Shown one piece after another: positions 38,376 to 46,653 of a stretch of 61,476 nt of DNA (position 1 is the first letter of the stretch; the number at the start of each line of letters is the position of its first letter). This DNA is from a virus (taxonomy: Duplodnaviria; Caudoviricetes): the IMG/VR virus record IMGVR_UViG_3300031184_000001, positions 1-61,476 of that record. One strand, given 5' to 3'. Position numbers and translations under genes: made by a program. Under the pieces are notes generated by a model. That model did not search any database and was not told the DNA's origin. It was given only the letters and a program-made list of their open reading frames with translations.

Positions 38376-40376
38376 GTGAGTCGATCTCTCGACGCCATCC
38401 TGGATCGGGCGATGAAGCCGGCCCCGCAGTTCTGGGAGCAGCCCCAGAAACCGAAAGCGGCCGTCCTCAACTCCCAGCAGCAGGCAGCGGCCAAACTGAT
38501 GGACCAGGCGGCCACACTGGTGCAGTTCCGGGCCTTCCCGATGGCAGCGAATGTGCTCCAGCAGGCCGTCAAGCTCTGGCCGACCAATCCGGAGATCCAG
38601 TTCCACTGCGGCAGCGTGATGCTGGAGGTCGGCCGCCCGGACCTGGCCGTCCAGAACTTCGACGTGGCCATCGGCCTGCGCCCCTCCTGGTCCGATGCCC
38701 ACAACAACCGATCGGCCGCGCTCTCTCGGATGGGCCGCGTGGACGAAGCCATTGCCTCCGCCGAGCGGGCCGTCGAGACAGGTAAGAACTACGCCGCGAT
38801 GGCCAACTTGTGCGCGGCCTACTCGGCGCAGGGCGACAATGAGAAGGCACTCTCCTACGGCGAGCAGGCGGTCAGGCAGTCGAACGGCACCAACGCGATG
38901 GCGCTCATCAACTACGGCGTGGCGCTCCGGGCCGACTGGCACCTGGAAGAGGCGGCCGGCTCGCAGCAGCGGGCCATCGAAGTGTCTCAAGGCCAGGATT
39001 ACATGGCCTGGTCGAACCTCGGTGCGATCTACAACCTGATGGGCCGCAACCACGAGGCGATGGGCGTCACGCAGCGGGCCGTGGAGTTGGTGCCGACCAA
39101 CGCCGCGCTCTACGGCAATATGGTCATGTTCCTGGACCTGCTGCCCGAAACGACGCTGCTGGAGGCGCTCTGCCGCCGGCGGCACTTCTCGTACGTGTTC
39201 GAGCAGCCGCTGAAGCGCCAGTGGCGGTCCCACGAGAACGACCGCAGTCTGACGCGGAAGCTCAAGGTCGGCTACGTCGGGGCCGACTTCCGCCAGCATT
39301 CGGCCGGTCACATCCACTGCCCGGTGATCCGGGCCCACGACCCCGAGCAGATCGAGGTCTACGTGTTCGCCGGTAACAGGTACGAGGACGAGATCTCGGC
39401 GAAGATTCGCGAAGCGCCCGCTCTCAAGGAGTGGGTGATGACGGCCAGCATGCCCGACGACGTGCTGGCCGCTGAGATCAGGGCCCGGCAGATCGACATC
39501 CTGGTGGACTGCGCATCCTACACCAGCGGCGGACGGCTGCTGACGTTCTGCCACAAGCCGGCCCCGATTCAGGTGCACGCCTGGGGCTACGCCACCGGCA
39601 CCGGCCTGGAGTGCATGGACCTGTTCCTGGCTGACGATGTGTTCGTGCCGCCCGAATTGGAGCACGGCTACACCGAGACGATCGTCAGGATGTCCAGCCT
39701 ACTGACGTTTGATCCGATGCTGGAGCTCCCACTTCCGGGGCCGCCGCCGGTTCTGAAGAACGGCTACGTGACGTTTGGGTCGTATAACCGCGTCGAGAAG
39801 ATCAGCGACCCGATCCTTGGCCTCTGGTGCGAGGTCATGAAGCGCCTACCGGACTCGCGGATCGTGCTGAAGTTCGGCGGCCTGGAGGGCGAGACGGCCG
39901 AACGGCTTCGGGCGAAGTTCGCAGCGCACGGCATCAGCCCCGATCGCGTCGAGACCCGGGGTCACACCCCGCGCGACGAGCATATCCGCCAGTACAGTGA
40001 GATCGACATCATGCTGGACTCGTGGCCTCACGTCGGCGGGATCACCACGCTTGAGGCTGCCATGATGGGCGTGCCGTGCGTGACGTTGATCGGTCCGCGC
40101 GCGCCATCTCGGGTCAGTGCGTCTATCCTAACGTCGCTCGGGATGACCGACTGGATTGCAGATACCCCTGAGCGATACGTCGCGATCGCGGTGGAGAAGG
40201 CACAGAGCGACCTGTCCGAGCTACGGGCCGGACTGCCGGCGCGGATCACGGGCTGCACGGTGGGCGATCCGGTGGCGTACACGCGAGAATTGGAGCAGAT
40301 CTATCGCGACTCCTGGAGCATGTGGGTGCGGCACGTGGCGCCCGAGACGGTGGTGGACGGGGAGACGGCGGCGTGA
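38376..40376 (+). CDS. TPR plus GT41 glycosyltransferase (SPINDLY/O-GlcNAc transferase family)
   Basis: About 6 TPRs, KVGYVGADFRQHS, IDILVD, KPAPIQVHAWGY, TFGSYNRVEKI, LDSWPHVGGITTLEAAMMGVP. Confidence 0.92.
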   Translation: MSRSLDAILDRAMKPAPQFWEQPQKPKAAVLNSQQQAAAKLMDQAATLVQFRAFPMAANVLQQAVKLWPTNPEIQFHCGSVMLEVGRPDLAVQNFDVAIGLRPSWSDAHNNRSAALSRMGRVDEAIASAERAVETGKNYAAMANLCAAYSAQGDNEKALSYGEQAVRQSNGTNAMALINYGVALRADWHLEEAAGSQQRAIEVSQGQDYMAWSNLGAIYNLMGRNHEAMGVTQRAVELVPTNAALYGNMVMFLDLLPETTLLEALCRRRHFSYVFEQPLKRQWRSHENDRSLTRKLKVGYVGADFRQHSAGHIHCPVIRAHDPEQIEVYVFAGNRYEDEISAKIREAPALKEWVMTASMPDDVLAAEIRARQIDILVDCASYTSGGRLLTFCHKPAPIQVHAWGYATGTGLECMDLFLADDVFVPPELEHGYTETIVRMSSLLTFDPMLELPLPGPPPVLKNGYVTFGSYNRVEKISDPILGLWCEVMKRLPDSRIVLKFGGLEGETAERLRAKFAAHGISPDRVETRGHTPRDEHIRQYSEIDIMLDSWPHVGGITTLEAAMMGVPCVTLIGPRAPSRVSASILTSLGMTDWIADTPERYVAIAVEKAQSDLSELRAGLPARITGCTVGDPVAYTRELEQIYRDSWSMWVRHVAPETVVDGETAA

Positions 40377-41305
40377 TCTCAGAGGAGCGCCTGAGTGAGA
40401 TGGAGGCTCAGCATCGCCCTCTGGATGAGCCCGGGTGGGAGGATCGCTGTCAGGTGGATGCCGAGCAGATGCCATGTGAGGTTGCCACACTCGTTGCGGA
40501 GATTCGCCGTCTACGCGGTGGCGGGTGCGGGGAGACGACGGCGTGATGCCAGCAAGCGACGATGTGCAGCATCTCATTCGCATGCTCAGGGATGGTCCGG
40601 CCATCCCGCCGGACCAGGAGCCGCCGCCGATGTCCTTCGAGGACGCCGGCCCCCCGATCCCGGAGGGTCTGAACGAGCATGACCGATCGCTCATGATGGC
40701 GGGGATGTTCGCCGGTATGGTCTACGGCCAGCACCGGGCGATCAAGAGGCTTCACGATGAAGGGTTGCTGAAGGACACCGATCTGTGACTTCTGCGTGCG
40801 TCGCCACGATGTCCACGGCGGTGCTGACGCTGCCGTCGTTGCTGTTCACGTGGCGGTGCCGGCCCGGCTGCGGGAAGATTATCCTGCGGTTGCAGTACGA
40901 CGGGCGTTCGATCATGGAGCACCGCTGTGCGTGCAATCGGGAGCACCGTCTGCCGGATGACGCGGGGAACCTGAGGCATGAGGTGAGACGGTGAGCCTGC
41001 TTGACGGCGCGCGGCGAATTGAGCGGTGTGGCCCGTATCTCGTCGAGGGGTCGCACTGTCTGATGTGCGACGCTGTCATCGTGGGGTTTGCTCACATCGA
41101 GGCGACAGACCACAAGCCTGACTGCCCCTGGCTCAGCATGCCGAAGATCGTCGCGGCGCTGGAGGCGGCCGATGCTGCGGTCAGGGATGCACGTCGAGAG
41201 ATACCGAATCGCTTGCTGTATCCGGGGCATCCGCTGAGCGATCTGGCGCTGGCGCTCTACGGGACTCCGACTGCCATTGTTCGCGAAGTGGTCCCACAGA
41301 CATGA
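40373..41305 (+). other. Four small genes, including a Com-like Zn ribbon at 40785-40994
   Basis: Coupled ORFs 40373, 40543, 40785, 40991. Confidence 0.6.
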
Positions 41306-41311
41306 CCAGTA

Positions 41312-41419
41312 TTGACGGGAAGTGGTCCTAGCGCATAGACTACCCAGAGTAGCTACATAGCGTACAAGGTCGTCTGAAGACCGTCTGTTCCAGGCCAGCG
41401 CCTGGGGGACGGTCTTTTT
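41312..41419 (+). promoter_or_regulatory. Promoter and terminator-like, RBS-sequestering leader of the scaffold-capsid operon
   Basis: TTGACG-18-TAGACT; stem AAGACCGTC/GACGGTCTT plus a T-run ending at the ATG. Confidence 0.6.
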
Positions 41420-41420
41420 G

Positions 41421-42512
41421 ATGGCAGACGAGCCCAATACTCCAGCACCAGTAGTCGAGGCTGACGCCACTATCCCGGCGACGCCCGACACTGATCCGAC
41501 GCCCACCCAGACCGACAGCAAGTCGTTCACGAAGCAGATCGACAGCGAGATTGACGACCTGCTGGCCCAGATGGAAGGCCGGGCGCCGAAGACACTCATG
41601 GGCGAGGACGCAGCCCCGGATCCGCCATCCACCGAAGAGAAGCCGGCGCCGGCCAAAGCTGATGTCCCTAAGGCTGAAGCGCTGAAGGCTGACACTCCGG
41701 CTCCTACCACGCCCGACACCGCCGAGATCGAACGAGCCGCCGAGGATCGTGCCCGCGCCAGGATCGCCGACGAGCAGCGCGTCCAGCAGGAAGCGGATCG
41801 CCGCATCCGGGACGAGCAGCAGTTCAAGGCCCAGACCGCCGCCTACGTGGGGTCGGACGACGACTACGGCGCGGTCGAGCAGGCCGTCTGGCAGCACCTC
41901 CAGGGTGACTCATCGGCACTCAACGGTCTCGACGTGGTGTTACCAAACGGCAAGAAGGTCTCCGAGGTCAAGGGATCTGCGGGCCTGACCGAGGACGAGG
42001 CCGCCAATCTGATGACGGCCTGGAAGACCGCCCGGCGCTTCGAGGACGTGATGGGGGACCGCAAGGTCCAGCGCATCGTGGATCTCTGGAACCACGAGAT
42101 CACGTCATCCAGGGTGCTGGCCGATCCCGACGTCGATCAGGCGGCCGTCACCCAGCACACCCAGCCGCACGACCAGATGCGAGCGCTCCGCGACACCGTC
42201 CGCGATCGGGTGACGAAGCGGCTTACCACCGAGCATGCCGAAGTGGTCAAGGCGAAGGACGCCGAGATCAAGCGGCAGGCCGATCGGATCGACTCGCTGG
42301 TCAACGAGCGCGGCAATTTGACCGCCAACCGTCGCGCAGCCGATGCCGCCACCGTGGACCGTCCGGGTCAGCCTGGCGCGCGCCCCACCGTGCCGACGCC
42401 CGAGGAGCTGGCGGCCATGCCATTCGAGCAGGCGTTCAAGTCGGGCGCCATCGACCGCGTGTTGCAGAGCATCCCCGGCGGGCTCCAGGCGCCGCGCCGG
42501 CGTGCCGGGTAG
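41421..42512 (+). CDS. Capsid scaffolding protein
   Basis: Acidic/Pro-rich N-terminus, coiled coil, TPEELAAMP C-terminal motif; directly upstream of the capsid gene. Confidence 0.7.
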   Translation: MADEPNTPAPVVEADATIPATPDTDPTPTQTDSKSFTKQIDSEIDDLLAQMEGRAPKTLMGEDAAPDPPSTEEKPAPAKADVPKAEALKADTPAPTTPDTAEIERAAEDRARARIADEQRVQQEADRRIRDEQQFKAQTAAYVGSDDDYGAVEQAVWQHLQGDSSALNGLDVVLPNGKKVSEVKGSAGLTEDEAANLMTAWKTARRFEDVMGDRKVQRIVDLWNHEITSSRVLADPDVDQAAVTQHTQPHDQMRALRDTVRDRVTKRLTTEHAEVVKAKDAEIKRQADRIDSLVNERGNLTANRRAADAATVDRPGQPGARPTVPTPEELAAMPFEQAFKSGAIDRVLQSIPGGLQAPRRRAG

Positions 42513-42527
42513 GAAGGAAGGCGTACC

Positions 42528-43394
42528 ATGGCCTCAGGCGCAACAGAGTTCATCGACGCGACCACCGCAGCCGTCTACATCCCCGCATTGTGGTCCAAGT
42601 ACGTCATCCGGGCCCGTGAGCAGCGGCTGTGCTACGCGAAGTTGTTCACCCGCAAGTACGAGCAGGACGCCCCGTATGGGGCGACCATCAATGTCCCCGG
42701 TGTGTCCCACCTGACCGCGCGGACCAAGAACATGTCCGCCAACACGGCGGTCTTGTTCGAGACCAACACCGAGTCGACCACCGCCATCACCATCGGCACC
42801 TGGGGCTACGCCGCGATGGCCACCGAGACCGCCACCGCGAAGCAATCCTACAAGGACCAGATGGAGCTGTACGCGCCGGAGCTCGGCTACGCGCTGGCGC
42901 TCCAGGCTGACGACGACATCGCGGCGCTGGTGGACGACCTCTCGACCAACACGGTCGGCGTGATGGGCGCGTTCCCGACCTACGAGCAGTTCGTCAAGGC
43001 GCGGCGCCAGTTGAACGATGCCAACGTCCCGCGCAAGGGGCGGTTTGGGATCTTCTCGCCAGCGGCCGAAGAGGGCTTTGTCCAGATCGACCACTTCATG
43101 TCCAACGACTTCTCGAAGATCCAGGGCAGCGTGGACGACGACGACGATATGGGCTACATCGGGTCGTGGTTCCGCATTCCGATCTACGTCTCCACGAACG
43201 TCGAGGGCGACAACACGGTCGGCCACGACAACGTGATGGCCAACACCGAGGCGATGACGATCGTGATGCAGATGGAGCCGACCACCCACAAGTGGTTGGA
43301 CATCAACTTCCTGGCTGACAAGGTCGTCGTGGAGCAGCTCTACGGCGTCAAGACGATGCGCGACGATCATGGCGTTTGGTTCCAGGCCGCCTGA
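42528..43394 (+). CDS. Major capsid protein (HK97 fold, P22-coat-like)
   Basis: YIPALWS N-arm, GATINVP, LNDANVPRKGRF, LYGVKTMRDD C-terminus; AGGAAGG RBS. Confidence 0.9.
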   Translation: MASGATEFIDATTAAVYIPALWSKYVIRAREQRLCYAKLFTRKYEQDAPYGATINVPGVSHLTARTKNMSANTAVLFETNTESTTAITIGTWGYAAMATETATAKQSYKDQMELYAPELGYALALQADDDIAALVDDLSTNTVGVMGAFPTYEQFVKARRQLNDANVPRKGRFGIFSPAAEEGFVQIDHFMSNDFSKIQGSVDDDDDMGYIGSWFRIPIYVSTNVEGDNTVGHDNVMANTEAMTIVMQMEPTTHKWLDINFLADKVVVEQLYGVKTMRDDHGVWFQAA

Positions 43395-43396
43395 TC

Positions 43397-44008
43397 GTGC
43401 CACGCAAGAAGCAACTGAGGACAGCGCGCATGCAGTCTGACGAGATCGGGGCGGCTACGGCCGCTCCTTCCCCCGAGTCTACGCCCGACCAGTCGGCCCT
43501 GATCCTGGGGTTACTGGAAAAGATCAGCGGCCAGGTCCAGAGCCTGACCACGCGCGTGGAGGCCGTCGAGAACAGTGGCCCCCGCTTCGTGCCGGCCACC
43601 CCTGAGACCTACTCGGCCGATCACGAGCGGTACCAGATCGCCGAGCTCGCGCCGCCTGACGCCCAGCCGCGCTCGCAGACGGTCCCGATCACATCGGACG
43701 GCATCAGGATACCGGCCGCGTTCATCACCGAGTACCCGGCCCGCTTCGGCTCAAACTCGCGTGTCCGGCTCAACCTCGACGCCGTCCCGCACGGGCGCAA
43801 GGACGGCAAGACGCGGGGCGAGTTGATGGAAGCGGCCGAGGTGCCGAACGCGCCCGGCGTGGTGATCGATCGGACGTTCCTGACCAAGCGGATCAAGGGC
43901 GGAAAGCGCGGCATGTGGAAGTACCGCTGCAAGTTCCCCCGCGAGGTGATGCCAGGTGCTGTCATGGGCACGGTCTCGCTGCACGAAGACGAGTTGATCC
44001 CCGCATGA
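43397..44008 (+). CDS. Hypothetical protein after the capsid gene
   Basis: Position and codon usage; start uncertain. Confidence 0.65.
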   Translation: MPRKKQLRTARMQSDEIGAATAAPSPESTPDQSALILGLLEKISGQVQSLTTRVEAVENSGPRFVPATPETYSADHERYQIAELAPPDAQPRSQTVPITSDGIRIPAAFITEYPARFGSNSRVRLNLDAVPHGRKDGKTRGELMEAAEVPNAPGVVIDRTFLTKRIKGGKRGMWKYRCKFPREVMPGAVMGTVSLHEDELIPA

Positions 44009-44111
44009 CCGGAGACGGCGGGCGGACTCGAACCGCCATACACCCGATTTGCAGTCGGAGCCATAGCCACTCTGGCACGCCGTCCAATGGAGTCATCGTA
44101 GCATGACCGGA
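44003..44111. mobile_element. 98-bp tRNA cassette bounded by the 11-bp direct repeat GCATGACCGGA
   Basis: Repeat at 44003-44013 and 44101-44111; minus-strand TGcTACGAT promoter at 44095-44103. Confidence 0.65.
44013..44084 (-). tRNA. tRNA-Cys(GCA), antisense to the late operon
   Basis: Reverse complement gives GACGGCG-TG-CCAGAGTGGCTATGG-C-TCCGA-CTGCAAA-TCGGG-TGTAT-GGCGG-TTCGAGT-CCGCC-CGCCGTC-T. Confidence 0.92.
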
Positions 44112-44639
44112 CTTGCGCTCGGCGACGTCCTTCCGGCGCTCGACAACCCCGAGCCGACCGCCCAGAAGCTGGGTCGGCAGTGGGGGCAGGGGCTCGACTG
44201 GGACGAGATCGCCGACACGCTCGACGACCAGCCGGAACCGGAGGTCGCGGGCGCCAATCGGGCGGCCATCGAACAGGCCGCCGGCCCGCACATGGCCTAC
44301 GCGCCGCAGTGGGTCACCGGCTCGTTCCGCGTGCCCTACGGCATGAAGACGGCCCAGTTTGAGGCGTTCGCCCGCGAGATGGCGACCCGCTGGTTTGATG
44401 AGATGCGGCGCCGGGGCTTCGACCTGGCGTCGAGCACCGAACTGGTGGTCCGTCCGGGCCCGAACCCGTCGAGAGATCTCCTGTCCGGGCTGGAAGTCCC
44501 CGGCTACCGCGACTTCCTGTTGTCTGCCCAATTCGTGGAGCGGCACCCCGAGACGATCCGTCTCGAAGTGCCGGGTGAGCTGTTTGAGCCGCTGACGCTA
44601 CGTCAGTTGCCGACGAGCAGCGGTGACGAAGGAGACTGA
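44103..44639 (+). CDS. Hypothetical protein
   Basis: ORF in the structural region. Confidence 0.7.
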   Translation: MTGLALGDVLPALDNPEPTAQKLGRQWGQGLDWDEIADTLDDQPEPEVAGANRAAIEQAAGPHMAYAPQWVTGSFRVPYGMKTAQFEAFAREMATRWFDEMRRRGFDLASSTELVVRPGPNPSRDLLSGLEVPGYRDFLLSAQFVERHPETIRLEVPGELFEPLTLRQLPTSSGDEGD

Positions 44640-44640
44640 C

Positions 44641-45459
44641 ATGCCGTTCCGCCAGTTGCCCGATCGCGGCTACGAGCTCTCGAATCAGCAGCTCAGCCGC
44701 TCCCAGATGCAGAGCCCGCTGCGTGACTTTCTGCGCCACCTGGCGAAGCGAGACCGGATCACCGAGTTCTACGACTTCGTGTCCTGGGGCGAGGCGGCCA
44801 ACTTCACGCTGGCCCAGACCGCGACGTCGACCAACTTCACGGTCATCGACGGCGCCGGCGGAGTGATGGCCGGTACGACCGCCGCGACCGCGACCGCATC
44901 CATTTCGGCGGTCGGCAAGACCCGTTTCAGTGGCGATGCCAACTGCATGTTTGAGGCGCGGTTCAAGGTCAACACCGTGCCGACGACGTTCATCGTTGAG
45001 GCTGGCTGGGTGGATGCGGCGCCTGCTACGGGGGCGTCATTCGTGACCGACATCGACACGCCGTCCTTCGTCGGCACCAATGGCGCCGTGTTCGGGATCT
45101 GGAACAACCAGACCCACACCGGCCTGGCGTTCGCTTCGCTCGGCTCGTTCACGTCGCAGACGGTCGCCTCGACGCTGCTGACCACTGGCTTCACCACACC
45201 GGTCGCCGACACCTACATGACGGTGCGGGTGCTGCTCCAGACCGATCCGGACCGGACCGGTCGCTCGATGGCGTACTGCTGGGTCAACGGTCGGCTCCGA
45301 GCCAGCCATCAGGTGGGGAACGGAGCCGTCAACGGCCAGATCGCGCTCTACCCGTGGCTGTACCTCCAGTCGGTCGCGACGACCTCCGCGAAGGTGATGA
45401 CGGCCGATTACATCTGGGTCAGCCAGGACCGGATCCCGCTGGAGGCAGCTTCCGAGTGA
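44641..45459 (+). CDS. Beta-rich virion protein (decoration/lectin-like)
   Basis: Thr/Ala-rich beta-sandwich pattern (FEARFKV, DYIWVSQDR), AAGGAG RBS. Confidence 0.6.
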   Translation: MPFRQLPDRGYELSNQQLSRSQMQSPLRDFLRHLAKRDRITEFYDFVSWGEAANFTLAQTATSTNFTVIDGAGGVMAGTTAATATASISAVGKTRFSGDANCMFEARFKVNTVPTTFIVEAGWVDAAPATGASFVTDIDTPSFVGTNGAVFGIWNNQTHTGLAFASLGSFTSQTVASTLLTTGFTTPVADTYMTVRVLLQTDPDRTGRSMAYCWVNGRLRASHQVGNGAVNGQIALYPWLYLQSVATTSAKVMTADYIWVSQDRIPLEAASE

Positions 45460-45542
45460 CGTGACGAGGGGCGGTCGCCATTGACCGCCCCTGATGTACT
45501 CGCCGCCGCCGAGACCTGCAATCCATCAGAGGAGCACATCGC

Positions 45543-45698
45543 GTGCCAAAGAAGCCCGGACTCCGCGATGACGACGTGTTGGGGCGCCTGGCCGATCTGG
45601 AGCGGCGTCAGGATGCCGTCGAGGAAACCATCACCGAACGGGTTGATCCGAAGGGCTCGAAGCGACCGCCGCACAAGACGCCGGCCGATGAGGAGTGA
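45543..45698 (+). CDS. 51-aa hypothetical protein
   Basis: GAGGAG RBS, MPKKPGLRDDDVLGRLADLERR. Confidence 0.55.
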   Translation: MPKKPGLRDDDVLGRLADLERRQDAVEETITERVDPKGSKRPPHKTPADEE

Positions 45699-45705
45699 CT
45701 GATTC

Positions 45706-46653
45706 GTGGCGTCGCTGCTGGTCTTCAGGCGTGATGCCCAGGTAGGGCTCGGAGGGCGGTTCGTCGTGAACACCACGACGACCGCCGCTTCTGATCTCGT
45801 CAGCTTTACGTGCTCGTCGCTGATCTCGGCGAACGCCACCGGCGGCAACTTCTTCAACAACGCCTGGGGCTACCTGAACGCCACCACCGGCGCCAACCTG
45901 GCGGCCCAGCGCGACATCCTGAACGCGGGCGGCTTCGATGCGGACGCCGGCTCGTTCACGGTCGCCCGATCCTTTGCTACCAGCGTCACGTCGGGGATGG
46001 GCTTCGAGGTCAGTACCAGGCTGCCGGCCATCACCAGCGAGCTCGGCACGCTCGGCATCCGCGAGATCGCCAACGACGTGCTGCTCTCGATGCCGCCGCT
46101 CGATCTGTTGCCCGTCAGCGGGGTGACGCAGCAGTCGGCGTACGACCTCACGACGCTGTACTCGTGGCTGGTCGACAAGTCCCAGATCCTGGGTATCTAC
46201 TTCCAGAACGTTGGTGACGACTACCCGACCGACACGGGCTACTCCTGGGACTGGCTCTATGACGCCGACGCGCCCAGGCTGCTGCTGCCGGGCAAGCCGT
46301 TCACCAGCGGGCAGACCTTCTACATCAAGGCTCACCGCCCGGCGCTGACATGGATCAGGACCGGCGGCACCTGGGCAGCCGACACGGACGGGCTCCAGAA
46401 CGACACCGACGAGGCGCTGCCGCTCCGGGCGGTGATGCGCGCTCAGGTGCTCATGAAGGCGTACCAGTACCTCGGCTCGCAGCAGGGGCCGGACGAGTAC
46501 GTCAACCACTACCGCGAAAGAGAAAGTTTTTGGACAACGCGCGCATACGCTTTGCGTTGGTGGGACACGCAGCAGGCTAGCGAAGAGACCGAGCCGAAGT
46601 TCCGGATGGTCTACTCCGGGCGCCCGTACGGCCAGCCTCGGAGCTACGGATAA
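45706..46653 (+). CDS. Probable head-tail adaptor / tail tubular protein A
   Basis: Size and position before the nozzle-like gene; positional call. Confidence 0.5.
   Translation: MASLLVFRRDAQVGLGGRFVVNTTTTAASDLVSFTCSSLISANATGGNFFNNAWGYLNATTGANLAAQRDILNAGGFDADAGSFTVARSFATSVTSGMGFEVSTRLPAITSELGTLGIREIANDVLLSMPPLDLLPVSGVTQQSAYDLTTLYSWLVDKSQILGIYFQNVGDDYPTDTGYSWDWLYDADAPRLLLPGKPFTSGQTFYIKAHRPALTWIRTGGTWAADTDGLQNDTDEALPLRAVMRAQVLMKAYQYLGSQQGPDEYVNHYRERESFWTTRAYALRWWDTQQASEETEPKFRMVYSGRPYGQPRSYG

Noticed and set aside
40373-40546. Paralogous family with 60271-60516 (LVAEIRRLR vs LLVEIRRLR)
   Set aside because: The similarity is limited to a short amphipathic helix common in small phage proteins.
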